A stretch of 64,000 nt of DNA, taken from positions 21,828,848 to 21,892,847 of the forward strand of contig CM120643.1 in NCBI GenBank assembly GCA_051362555.1, written 5' to 3'. This DNA is from Lingula anatina (Eukaryota > Animalia > Brachiopoda). The notes under the pieces were generated by a model. The model was not told the origin of the DNA and searched no databases. It saw only the letters and a program-made list of their open reading frames with translations. This document shows, piece after piece, positions 9,960-21,769 of this stretch; the first letter of the stretch is position 1, and the number at the start of each line of letters is the position of its first letter. Position numbers and translations under genes: made by a program.

Positions 9960-12919
9960 ATGCAGGAACAGGACGTCGACGCTGAGCCAGTAGTCCATAT
10001 TAGTTGTGAGGAGACTGCAGGACCTGAACCTGAGGGTAATTAATTGATTATTGTACCGTATTAGTTTGATTTTTGGCAAATAGTTAATGCACGAAAAATA
10101 TGGCAAAATCAGTCAGTAAAGAAATAAAGCAAATTAAATGGGGCGGAGCACGACAGTCGGAAGCGGAGATGGAACAGATGCAAGAGGAATCGGTGAGTCT
10201 GAGTTCCTCTGAGTTGGGGTGGGAGGGGGAGGGGCAAGCATCAGGGCTTGGAAACTGTGATTGCTGTCAAGCAACACATAGTCCTATCTTCCTGATGTGC
10301 GTCCGACCGTGTTTGAAAGCCCGGCGTCTTTTCTGTCCTGGACCCCTCATCATCGGAATGTGGTGGTGGTGGTGGTGGTGGTGGGGGGGGGGGGGGGGGG
10401 GGGGGGGGGAGGGTACATAAACCCGGCCCCATAGTTCAGTATTATGCCTATAATCAATACGTTTAGGCCGTACGTGGAGTTATCTATATTGTCATCCATT
10501 TAAAGTCAGGACATAGACCTGCTCCAAACAAAAACGCCATCCGTTCTCTTCACTAAGTTGACATCAGTTTGCTCATATTTTTTTATTGTTGTCTTTTAGG
10601 GGGTAACGAACTTTTGAAACTATCCATTGAAGTATCGGACGAGGGGGTAGAAACAGAGTTGAATAACAGATCTTCAGCTGGTCAATACGATATCCGCATA
10701 CAAGATACCATGGCAGAATTGGGTGTGCAAAGTTCCCAACACCAACTGACCCCGGGAAGCATCATTCTTAGCATGAACGTCGATGGGTTGGAATCCATGG
10801 AAAATTTATTGCAGGCAAAAAGAAGTGGAGAGCTGGAGAAGCGCCTGGAAAAGTTGTTCCTAACCCCAGAAGTCACCAAAGGAAAGAACATTTCTTTGAA
10901 AGTCAATATACAAAATGAGGAAAGATTGGAGATGTTGGTCGATTTGAGGCATTCGCTTTATAATGAGAAGGGTGAGTACATACTGTGTTGTGCTTATTGC
11001 TAGCGGAAGATTACCCACAAACAATTTTATTACAGCCTCAAGTTTACAAAAACTTAAGCTGTACCCGTTTCCTTCTATTTTTCTTTTTCTGTTGTTATTA
11101 TCTGTGTTGGTTTGTTATGTTTTAAGCATTCAAATCACGAACGATGTTTTATTGACGGAAATCTTTAAACAGAAGAGAAGATGTCTAAACGTATTCTAGC
11201 ATTCTTTATTTTTGTCCAAAGCGTCCGAGGGAACCAGTGATCAGAGTGTGCGATTTGCCTACTGTGCAAAGAGACGAAAGTGGTTTTGGACCCCGTACAA
11301 CAAAAATCATATCTGGATGGAGGTAAGAAGTTGACAGGGCAGGGTACATGTTTGAGATTTTATTCATGTCCTTTGGGCTCATTCCGAAAGAAACTTTCGT
11401 TCTACAAAAATAGATCCAACTCCAAGGGAATTCTGAATGCTTATTATTAAGTTATATTTCTGTCTGCCTGTTAGCAGCATTATGCAAAATGGCATGCAGT
11501 TATTTTGATGAAATTTTCAGTATAGGTCAGAAATAGGCCAAATATTTGTCGTGATTGCTTAATTTATTAAGCAAAAAAGATAATAGATCAGTTAGATTAC
11601 TTTTGGATAATGGGAATCTAGCTAATTTAAAGTTTTCATTTACTACTTAACAATTGAAAGAAATTTATCTGCCTTGGTGGAGGTTTGCGCTAACTTGGTG
11701 CTTTATACATGTAGTTATTTCTGGTTTTCGGAGATGAAAAGTAGTCATGGATTAATTCCTTAGCAAACCAATCCTACGTGTGTAAGAAACGTAGTTTAAT
11801 GATATTAAATTTTATCAATTAACATTATTTTTAAAATGATACTATTGTATATTCCAGGTAAGCTACGAGAGCGTCCAAAGTGGCCCTCGTAAAGGAGAGA
11901 TTCCAGAGGAGAAATACCTGAAGATCATACAATTTCTACAAAAAGAGAGACCAAAAGTGGAGCTTAACAGTGCTGACTGCATCATATGTGCGTAATGGTA
12001 TTAAATTATTAATGGCCACTGTTGTTAATTAACTTCTGTTTTGGTCTTTTATTCCCTTTTTTCCAAATTTCTTTCTGCTCTTTTCATCCTTTGTATGTTT
12101 ATTAAAAAATATCATACACATCTTAAAAGCGGACGTCACTAATTTCAAAATTGTTATCATAGTTTAGAAATGTAGCTATATGATATAACGTTTGGTTATA
12201 GGCATTGCAAATATATACTTATATCGAGGTAATTGATAAAAAAGATGTTTATTATATTTTTTATGATAAGGTGACCTGGTAAGCGCTGGAAAGATGCGCA
12301 AACCAGATATGGCTAAGAGCGCTTGTAAGTAGAAAACACTTCATGTTACGAACAACATAATTACGATATTTACAACATAGCCGGCTTTTCATATAGGGTT
12401 TGGATGGTTCTGTAAATTAAACACTGATTTTGCCTTATTTGTTTTAATATTCATTGGGTCCTTTGTGTTATTTACATAATAATAATAATAATACATAATA
12501 CAGGTGCTCAGCTGCCTACAGCCCAAGAACCAGAGGCAGGAACCTGCGTTGAGCCTGCAAGCACTGCAGTCGGTGAACACAGTGAAGGGCAAATACCTGT
12601 ATTTAAAAGCAATCGGTCAGTAGATACAAGTACTGTACTTTCAACAACTTAAGATGATAATACTGAAAGTATGTTTGTCTTCTAAGAAACTTGATGCCTT
12701 TTCCAAATGATAACCTCTTAATTTATTTGAAGATGGGCTTCACTGGGCCTTGGTCCCGTATATTTGATTATTTACCAAATAATCTTTTTTTTTGCCTCAC
12801 GTAGCCTTTCTTCACCTCCGATGAAGGATGCAGAATTCAGGGGATCTCTTGGCTCGGGTATAGGACCCTTCCTGCAAGCTTCACCAAGAAGAAATCATCC
12901 CCAGAAATGCACTGCATGA
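9960..12919 (+). CDS. Tandem paralog B, ~319 aa; exons 9960-10035, 10600-10971, 11222-11322, 11858-11987, 12271-12324, 12504-12615, 12805-12919
   Basis: Open spliced frame with canonical GT-AG sites. Exon 2 (ORF 10569-11003) encodes GSIILSMNVDGLESMENLLQAKRSGELEKRLEKLFLTPEV, resembling invertebrate TRADD-like N-terminal domains. The ancestral ATG (9893) is frameshifted; the in-frame ATG at 9960 has A at -3. Confidence 0.72.
10361..10409. repeat. (TGG)n followed by a 27-nt poly-G run
   Basis: Direct inspection; the paralogous site in copy C (~22540-22560) is a much shorter G-rich tract. Confidence 0.95.
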
Positions 12920-14227
12920 CGTCACGCCTAGCCCACTGCGCATGCGTGCATTTTTAATGAGTTGCTAGATTGCCATAGGAAAATGAATGAGTTCGCGATT
13001 CGTGGGTAATTCGTGAGAATTGACAAACTAACAGCCTGATGCCGATAGACAGCAACGCTGTGGTATGCTTCAAGCAACTCCTGACCAAATATCGCTAGGG
13101 TTTTTAAAAAAAATTCCGTTGTACTCACGTACTAAGAAGTTTGCCGTATATTGCCTAGACTACCCTCAGCAAAACGCAAATATTTTCAGTAATAGTGATT
13201 TTAGACGGTAGATTCACTCAGAAACAAAGGGAAATTAATTCGTTGCCGATAGCACCAGCTGATAGCAGTAACATACAGTCTGATTAAAAAATTTCATGGC
13301 AGTTGAAGATTTTTTACCACTGTACAATGGAGTCCAAAAAGAGCACTTGGCACAAATGTAAAACTGCCCAGTGCAAGGCCAAGAATTCAATCAGTATTTT
13401 CAATCATATTATCAGATTCTACATAAATTGACTGGCCACATCACTACTCAGTATTTAACTAATCACTTAATCCAAAATTCCTATCATCATTTAATAATTA
13501 TGCAAAATTCTTTTTTCAGATTGCTATTTATTTAAATTTTTAATGCTGCAACTGTTCCAAAATAATCTTGTGATAAAGGAAAAATGCAAATAAAAAGTGG
13601 AAGACCAATTTTACCCACAGTATTCAGTTATTTGAATATAAAAAGAATAAGATCACGATTTGACAAATTAAAATAATCTTTCATGAACTCTTTCATGAAT
13701 AACATATTAAACAAAAATGTTATAAATCAGTGGTAATGGCTTAGTCTGGAATATATGACCTCTGTACATCGTCAGTACCTGACTAATTGGTACTCAGTAC
13801 AGTATAGTTACTACTTGGATACAGAGTTAGATTTAATAATATAACAATAAGAACAATATATATTATAATAATCAGGCCCGTAGCCGGGGGGGGGGGGGGG
13901 GTTTCGGGGGGTTCGAAAGAACCACCCTTTTTGCTGGGAAAAGGTCCACTCTGGGTAAGATTTGATCTATGTACTTGAGGATTTTATGGTAAAAGGTCCA
14001 CTTTGAACGAACCCCCCCTCTGAAATTGCTGGCTACGGGCCTGATAATAAACTTCTCTGCACATATCAGACGCTTGTTACCATGAACTAACACTACTTGA
14101 CAATGGGCTGAGCACTTATCACAGAGTCTGTGTGCGATGCCATTCTTGTGCTGTGATTGGTTAATTGAGTCACGTGAAACCCTACTGTTGCGCCCTCGCG
14201 TATCGCGTAAATGCTGCACATTTCTGG
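12901..14227. mobile_element. ~1.33-kb non-autonomous DNA element inserted in the last exon of paralog B
   Basis: Imperfect TIR CCAGAAATGCACTGCAT / ATGCTGCACATTTCTGG; possible CC TSD. Homology to the last exon of copy A resumes at ~14229. Confidence 0.75.
13873..14043. mobile_element. hAT-like MITE nested in the 12901-14227 element
   Basis: Perfect TIR CAGGCCCGTAGCC / GGCTACGGGCCTG; 8-bp TSD ATAATAAT / ATAATAAA. Confidence 0.85.
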
Positions 14228-15800
14228 CCATGGTACCTGGTGCCTAGCTTGCGCACAATGCATATACCATGCAATAATGCGTGTGTTATCATATTATTAT
14301 AATTATGCTCTAATTCGTTACACTCAAAGGAACATGAAATATTTATAATATGAACTCAAACACAGTATAAGGTGATGCAGCACTCGCTTCATGCACTTTA
14401 TTTCCGATTTTACAGTGCGTATTGTGGTAAAGGCGATCATAAGTCAACGATTTTTCAGGTGAAGCCTCTTTTCTGTTTTTCAATTGCAATGTATACAAAT
14501 TTTAATTAAAAGCTAAAACAAGCTTTGCTCCACTGAATAAGGCGAAACAGGAATAGTTCTTGTCTGTAGTATATCTGTAAATTAAGGCATAAAAGGCGTC
14601 TAAATGCCTTCGGATACAAATGACTGGTTAATTTCCTGACACATATATGTAATGCAAAACTCTCTGTGGAGAATCCTCGACGCCTTGTACGAGCAGGTAA
14701 AATTCTTGATCGCCATTCCTTCTTCGGGTAGATTCGTCCTCTTTGCTCTACACACTGTTATCCTGTAGAACCAACTGACTTAAAAAGTAAAGCGTTCACA
14801 TTGAAACAACCAAATTCGCGCATCATATACCAGTACCTGCAAACTTTTACGATTATTATTATTATTCATTCTGTTTTATTCAACTGATATTTACTCATAC
14901 ATGTAGGCCTACATCTAACGCAATTTACATAAAATACTTATCATTTTATTAGGCAGACTTGAATGATTATTACCAAATGGAATGATTATTGCCAAATTAC
15001 AAAAGTGTCTTTAGATAATCACCGACAATTATTCAAAATCGGGGGAGGGGGGGGGAATGGCTGGCTGGCTTACACATTGCAGTGCAGTGTGTTCATTCGT
15101 TCAAAATCAATTAATTGAGTTTCTTTTAATATGTTGACATTGGCCTTTTAATTATACAGTTAAATTGGACTTAGGGAAAAGAGCGTGTTTAGTTAAGTTA
15201 GCAGGGGAATCTACCTGATAATGTATAACTAAAAACAGGGATATCAGTTGTAGAATATATTTTTAATGTAATTCATTAGAAAACGTGGATGAAAAAGGAA
15301 TAAAAGGAAATAAACAACAAATGTGGCATGAAAGTGTAAAGTGTCATGGATAGTGAATTATAGATTAAAATTTGAACATTACTTCCAGATCAGATAGTAA
15401 GTTTATTTTGATATGTTTAAAGAAGCCTGGTATTAAAATGAATTAAATAAGACAACGCAAATGGGGAAATAATGTTCCCAGTAACGTTATTAGGGTATCC
15501 GTTAAGTGAATAGCAACAGGGATATCCTTTATAGGATATATTAATGATTGAGATAATGCCGAAGAATAAATACGCGTAAATGTGCCATACAAATTACATG
15601 TATATTTGTGCAATGACAATGATAATGCTTAATAAATGCATCATTAAAATGAATTTGTGCACTGGCATTCTTGTTTTATTTTTCTGAACACCCCAGAAAG
15701 AAGAGAATTAATTTTGGACGGGTGGGTAAATGGGGAGTTTCATTACGTACCTGAAACAAATGCACTATTTAAACAAACGTTCCGGCAAAGCAGACACCTG

Positions 15801-15930
15801 GGCTTCGTATCTCGAAAGGTTCGCTATGTTGCGCACGTGCGCAAGTGTCTCTATTCCATAACCGATTCTATTTCGAGATACGGGGCCATGGAATCGAGAC
15901 ACTTGCGAACGTGCGCAACATAGCGAACCT
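15801..15930. mobile_element. Rearranged palindromic MITE related to 30-177
   Basis: GGCTTCGTATCTCGAAA / TTTCGAGATACGGGGCC, plus a second inverted pair AAGGTTCGCTATGTTGCGCACGT / ACGTGCGCAACATAGCGAACCTT. Confidence 0.7.
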
Positions 15931-16538
15931 TGACTACGAAAAAAAAAAGAATAGAAAAAAAGAAACGGCGAACTTTTTCTTCAAATACCATCGCCTGAAA
16001 CTGATCGAGTTTAGGCCCAGAAACTTGCACATGAATGATCTAAGTAAATATGAAAAAGGTGCACAGGCGAATGCTATATGGTGTATCTCTGAGCATATTT
16101 GCTGTGCCGATACTCCCCTAGCAAAAAAGTGTCAACCCAACGTCATGAACCAATGTTCTTTATTCAACTTCAAAAGGAATTCTTTCACAAAATTTACTGA
16201 TTGTACAACCAATGAATAAGCTAACCAAAATTAAAAATCCAAAGCCAGATTTTGGTATTTTGTTCAGTTTCTCCTGTATTGCAGGACGCACCTGACGCCT
16301 CTGTGCGTGGAGACAAGATTCTGTAACGTTTGCGCAAGAGTTACAACTTCTTGGTTTGCGCAAGGTGCAATGATAGCAAACCTCGGAGTCACATTTTAAA
16401 TGGATTCGGATTTCGGGATTGAACTGGCCATTGGGGGGTGGGGGGATCTCTGGGGTCCTAATTGTCAAGTCATATCAGTTCAACGTTAATGAAAACGTGA
16501 AAAAAAACTATATTCAAACTCGTGCACTCATAAACAAA

Positions 16539-16577
<39 letters not shown>

Positions 16578-18274
16578 GCGGGCTCCTGTTTGGAGGTAGG
16601 GGTAATATTCATAAAAAGTTCTCACCTCACGGTACAAGTCACAAAGAACGTTTCATGAATATTCGGTGTACGCAATGCTGTTAAACCACCCGACCATTTC
16701 ACTTTCTACAGTTCAAGTCGATGGCCAAAAAGGTGTGTCATGCTTACCACTGAGTGCTCTCAATATATCACTGAGGAGCGGACTTTCTCAACAGTCAAAA
16801 TGTAAAAAGAAAATTTTGGCCTTCAGTTATGGTGTTAATATTGTAAATAAATCTAACAAACAATTAATGTATTTTGAGTGCAGGAAAACTCTAAATAAAT
16901 AACTATTTCATAGGCTATATATTTCACTTGAACCTTGTCCCATGCATTAGATTTTAACTTTCAACAGAATACACTAATCAGCCAATTCCAGTAAAAACTA
17001 TTAAAATGACTTGAAAGTAGCAATTGAAAAGTTTTAAATTGTATAAGCCCACTTAAAGTTAGATTAATTTTTATTAAATTACCAATTATAAACACCCTAA
17101 ATACATTCGTCATACTGAAGGTAAATCATAATCTAATTATATCCGCTAGACAAGCTCTTTTATCTTAAATCATCACATTGTGCAAACACTTCTTAGAATA
17201 ACAAGGGCTTTGAGATAAAGTCATACGATATGTTATCATAACAGGACCTAATACACTCAACAATAGTAAACCGCCAAGACTGTATAACTAATTCTGGACA
17301 TGAACGTTCCCATTAATATTTAATTGGTCACAGTGTCATAATATAAATATATAAGTCATTCTTGATTATATCAGAAGCTTTATTTTATCAGAGACTTAAT
17401 TGTGGAAGCTCGACAGGTCAACGCACATAAAACCGTAAGTATTGGTATTTGAAACGTGCTTTTTGATTTTAATGATATAAGAATATAGAATTGTGTTGGA
17501 AATCACAATAAATTAAATAATAATAATTTGCTATATATCACATGGTGTTTTTTATCAAAAAATGAATGTGACTTGTTTGATCTGTAAGAAGTCAAGTAGA
17601 TAAATTTATGGTAACGTTATAAACGTTCTCTGTTTGCTGGGGAGTGCGTTAGAATATTGTAAGGTAAAGGTTTTTCAAGCCGCAAATGCATTAAGCAGAT
17701 TTGCGATTCTGGTATTTCCTTTTGTTTCACACACTGCACATAAAATAAAAAAGCATAGGTGTTGAGCTTAATCACGCCCGGTTTGGTGTCAGCCTTTCCA
17801 TGCACACCACAATACAGTCCCATTAACCTCATAATCCTAAAGAAGATCTTCAGGGTTAATCTTTATCCTGACGACAGACAAGCACGTGTAATTTAAGTAG
17901 TAATTTATCACAAAACACGGTATGTATAACGTTAAGCTTTATATCACACGATGGTCTTCATCGAAAATGTTTGTTTAATCTGTGGAAAGTAGATAAATGT
18001 CAAATGTCAAATTTAATCGTAGGCCTATACCCATTGTTTTCAAGTGATTAAAGACATTCTTTATAATACGTTTAATGTATAAAGAAAGATTTCTCAAGCC
18101 GCAAACACACACATACACACGTTGAGGGTTTTTATAATTCTAGCTTTTTAACTGTTTTACACACAGTATACTTAAAAGAAAAAGTGCCCTTTAGATTTGG
18201 TTCAGGTGCTGAGGTAACTTATACCCCGACTTGATGTAGGCCTTTCCATGCACACTAAAGTCGGGGCGACAGAA

Positions 18275-21200
18275 AGAGCACTGAAGTTAGTGTCTAGTTT
18301 CTAGTTTCCAGTTTCGTTTATCAAAAACGATTCTGGCAACCAGAAACTAGTGTCGTTTTTCAAAAACGATTCTGGCATCCAGAAACTAGTGTCGTTTTTC
18401 AAAAACGATTCTAAGAAGCCAGAATAGTTTTTACGGGGAGAAACAGTATTGGACGGGGGAGAGACAACGCGCGACTATCGTCTACCGTGACCAGGTTACC
18501 TTCACTGCGGCAGTCGGAAAGGTTGTTAAACGCTCTCTTCTCGCCGTGCACTGAGACCGAGACGGTAGCGGTCACTGAAATAGGTGTCTTTTTAAAAACG
18601 ATTCTGGCAACGAGAAACTAGTGTCGTTTTTTAAAAACGATTCTGAGAAGCCGGAATCTTTTTTTTAAATAAAATTAGAAAATTATACCTCAAACTACAA
18701 AGGAAGACCCTGGGGGCCCTTTCCCCCCTCACTCTCTTCCGCCCACCCCTAAACCCCACCTAAACACCCTTCACGGCTTTCGCTGTAAAGGTGGCCTGTG
18801 CCTCGTAGAGGCGGTCATCTAGTCTTCAGCGCACGGCGAGAAAAAACCGAAACTCCCTGAATACCCTGATCGGCATCACCGGTGAAAGCTGCTTGTGCGC
18901 CGATGATGCGGATCAGCGGTCGTCTAGGCTTACCCACGCGGCCGAGAGAGACCGTTAATGTGTGAGATAATACACTGTCACCCGAGCGATATATGCCATA
19001 ACACCTCGAGCGTCAGCGAGAGGTGTTCATGGCATATATCGCGAGAGGGTGACAGTGCATTATTTGACATACATACCGAGAATAAATACAGTCATTTCAT
19101 CTTGAACCACCCCTAAAACCTAATAAAGTGACACTATATCACGCTCTAGAGATGTTATACGGAATAAACTCCTGAGCCACACCTAGCTGGGACTGCTGCG
19201 GAAAAAAGGTTCCCCGAGGCAAAACCTCTACTTTTTAGTGACATTTCTGATAAAAAAAAGGAGAGTCAGACCGGAATATAGTCAAACTAATTCTTCACAA
19301 GTGCAAAGGAGAAAGAAATTTACTTTTTGGTGATATTTCTGACAACGAGGCAATTCGGAATATAGTCTAAATCGACTGATGTTTATTACAAGTTCACGGG
19401 AGTAATAATTCTAGTTGTTTATTGTTACTTCTGACGACGAGGCGGTTACGGAATATAGTCAAAACCAAACGGATGTTTATTTCAAGTCCACAGGGGTAAT
19501 AATTCTACTTTTTGGTGACATTTTTACTACGAGGCGGTTTCGGAATATACATTTGCTGGTTTTCAGAGTATTCATGTGCTACATGTTATTACAAGTTCAA
19601 AGGGGGGATACACTTGATTTTTACCGATATATCTGATAAAGAGGAAGAATGAACATCTTAAAAACAAAAGGTAAATAACACAATCCTCGTTAAAAAGATA
19701 TAAATTTAAAAATAATTTGAATACACGTGTCGCTCAAATGTAAACTAATTCCCGTTTTCAAACCATACCCATATGATATGACTTAGTGTAATAAAATGAT
19801 AAATAATAATTGTTAAACGTGAAAAGGTTATGCTAATTTTTTAAGAGTGTGAGAGATTTTAAATTTGTCTACTGGTAGGTATATAACGTAAGCAACGTGC
19901 CTATTCTCTTGATGCCAAGAAGGTCACATGATCACTCTGTCTTTGGCTTTCAGCATTTAAGAGACCTCGACTGATTTAACCAAGATGTAGTCGTGAAATT
20001 CTAGACTAAATCGAGGTTAAATCGGAGTTTTCCGAGAGACGCTACGCAGAAATGTCGAGTGAAGCGAGACATTTTTGTGTAGCCGCTCGAGGTTGCCCTT
20101 GATCATCATATCGCCACGGTCATATAACATCCCTAGGTATGTATATTCAACACAGTTTCCGCGGTGAAGTCTACCTGTACGCCGTAGGCAGTGATCGGCG
20201 ACCGTTTCGGTCTCAGCGCACGGCGAGGAGAGACCGTAACACCCTGCCCGGCTTTCACAGTGAGAGTTACCTAGTCGCGGTACAAGCACACCGCTGGTTG
20301 CCTCTCCCTCTGCCCACCCCTGTTTCTCTCCGCAAAAACGATTCTGGATTCTCAGAATCGTTTTTAAAAACGACACTAGTTTCTCGTTGCCAGAATGGTT
20401 TTTTTTTTTTAAAGACACTGGTTTCTGGACATCAGAATCGTTTTTCAAAAATTCAATAAAATCAAAAATTATACTTCAAACTACAAAGGGAGGTCCCGGG
20501 GGCCCCTTCCCCCTCTTCACCCTCACCCCTTTTCCCCCACCCCTACCCCCACTTAAGCCCCATTCCCTGCTTCCGCTGCGCAGGCTGCCTGCGACTGGTA
20601 GAGACGGTCAAATCGACCTCCCAGCACAGCGAGGAAAGACCGTAACATCGTAAACAATCTGGCAAGCTTCCGCGATGAGGGTTGCCTGTACGCCGTTGGC
20701 AATAATCGGCGACCGTCTCGGTCTCAGCGCACGTCGACGAGAGACCGTAATGCAAGGCTGACACTTGCACAACTTTTGGCCCCGATTTTGTCGTGGCAAG
20801 TCGTGACATTTTGGGGCACGAAGTGGGAGGCTCCCGCACTGTTCCCGACTAGTTCATGCATAGTTCACGACGAGTTCACGACGAGCTAACGAATAGCTTA
20901 CGAATGCGTGTCCACATTGACACGAACTGGCACTACAAGTTCACGCATAGTTTGCGCATAGTTTACGCACTTCCCCTATTGGCACGACGAGTTTGCGCGG
21001 TGTCGTACCGACTTGGGCACGCAATATACGTGAGCTGTTCGTGGACTATTCGTGGCAGTTTGTAACAGTCGTGGCATGGCGCGCATCCTCCCGCATCGTC
21101 CCGACGAGTTCACGAACAGTTTGGGCACAGTTCACTACCCGGTCGCGAAATTTTGTCGTGACCAAAATTTTGAACATTTCAAAATGCTCGTCCCGACATG

Positions 21201-21613
21201 GCACGCAGTCACGACGGGTTAACGCACACTTCATGCCAGTTTACGACTAGTTTGCGCACTGGTACGACTCGAATCGTGCCAATGCGTGCCACAGAATCGT
21301 GCAAGTGTCAGCCTTGCTTTACACCCTGCCCGGATTTCACGGTGAGGGTTACCTAGTCGCGGTATGCGCTTACCGCTGCTTGCTTCTCCTTCCGTCCACC
21401 GGCTAATTCTGTCCGTAAATACGATTCTAGCTTCTCAGAATCGTTTTTTAAAAACGGCACTAGTTTCTGGTTGCCAGAATCGTTTTTGAAAAACGAAACT
21501 AGTTTCTGGTTGCCAGGTTCGTTTTTGAAAAACGACACTAGTTTCTGGTTGCCAGGTTCGTTTTTGAAAAACGAAACTGGAAACTAGAAACTAGACACTA
21601 ACTTCAGGGCTCT
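18275..21613. mobile_element. 3.3-kb composite foldback DNA element with long TIRs built from 39-bp subrepeats (possibly Mutator/Foldback-like)
   Basis: TIR AGAGC(A/C)CTGAAGTTAGTGTCTAGTTTCTAGTTTCCAGTTTCGTTT at both ends; flanks GCGACAGAA / GCGACAGAG (8-9-bp TSD); no transposase ORF. Confidence 0.88.
20751..21318. mobile_element. PIF/Harbinger-like MITE nested in the foldback element
   Basis: TIR GCAAGGCTGACACTTGCAC / GTGCAAGTGTCAGCCTTGC; TAA/TTA flanks; empty site GAGACCGTAACACCCTGCCCGG at ~20230. Confidence 0.85.
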
Positions 21614-21769
21614 GCGACAGAGAGCATGTTATGTAACGTTGGCACTGGGTAAATTTGCTGAAAATGTACATGTCAGAGAAATAATACAATGATGTATTAA
21701 TCAAATCATCAATTGTTTTTTAAACTTATGTCAATAGCTACACTATTATTCATTTACTTCCAAAGGCTC

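Noticed and set aside
10100-10432. Poly-W/poly-G and poly-P ORFs
   Set aside because: Products of the (TGG)n/poly-G tract in an intron.
12905-12919. New prenylation signal at the paralog B C-terminus (KCTA*)
   Set aside because: Cys is third from the end, not fourth; not a CaaX box.
18301-18420. Regular palindromic 39-bp repeats resembling a CRISPR array (also 21420-21575)
   Set aside because: Head-to-tail with no unique spacers, no cas genes, eukaryotic context, and part of TE TIRs.
20017-21538. Several GC-rich ORFs as a candidate transposase
   Set aside because: Short, overlapping on both strands, no DDE or HUH motifs; they translate TIR repeats and a MITE.
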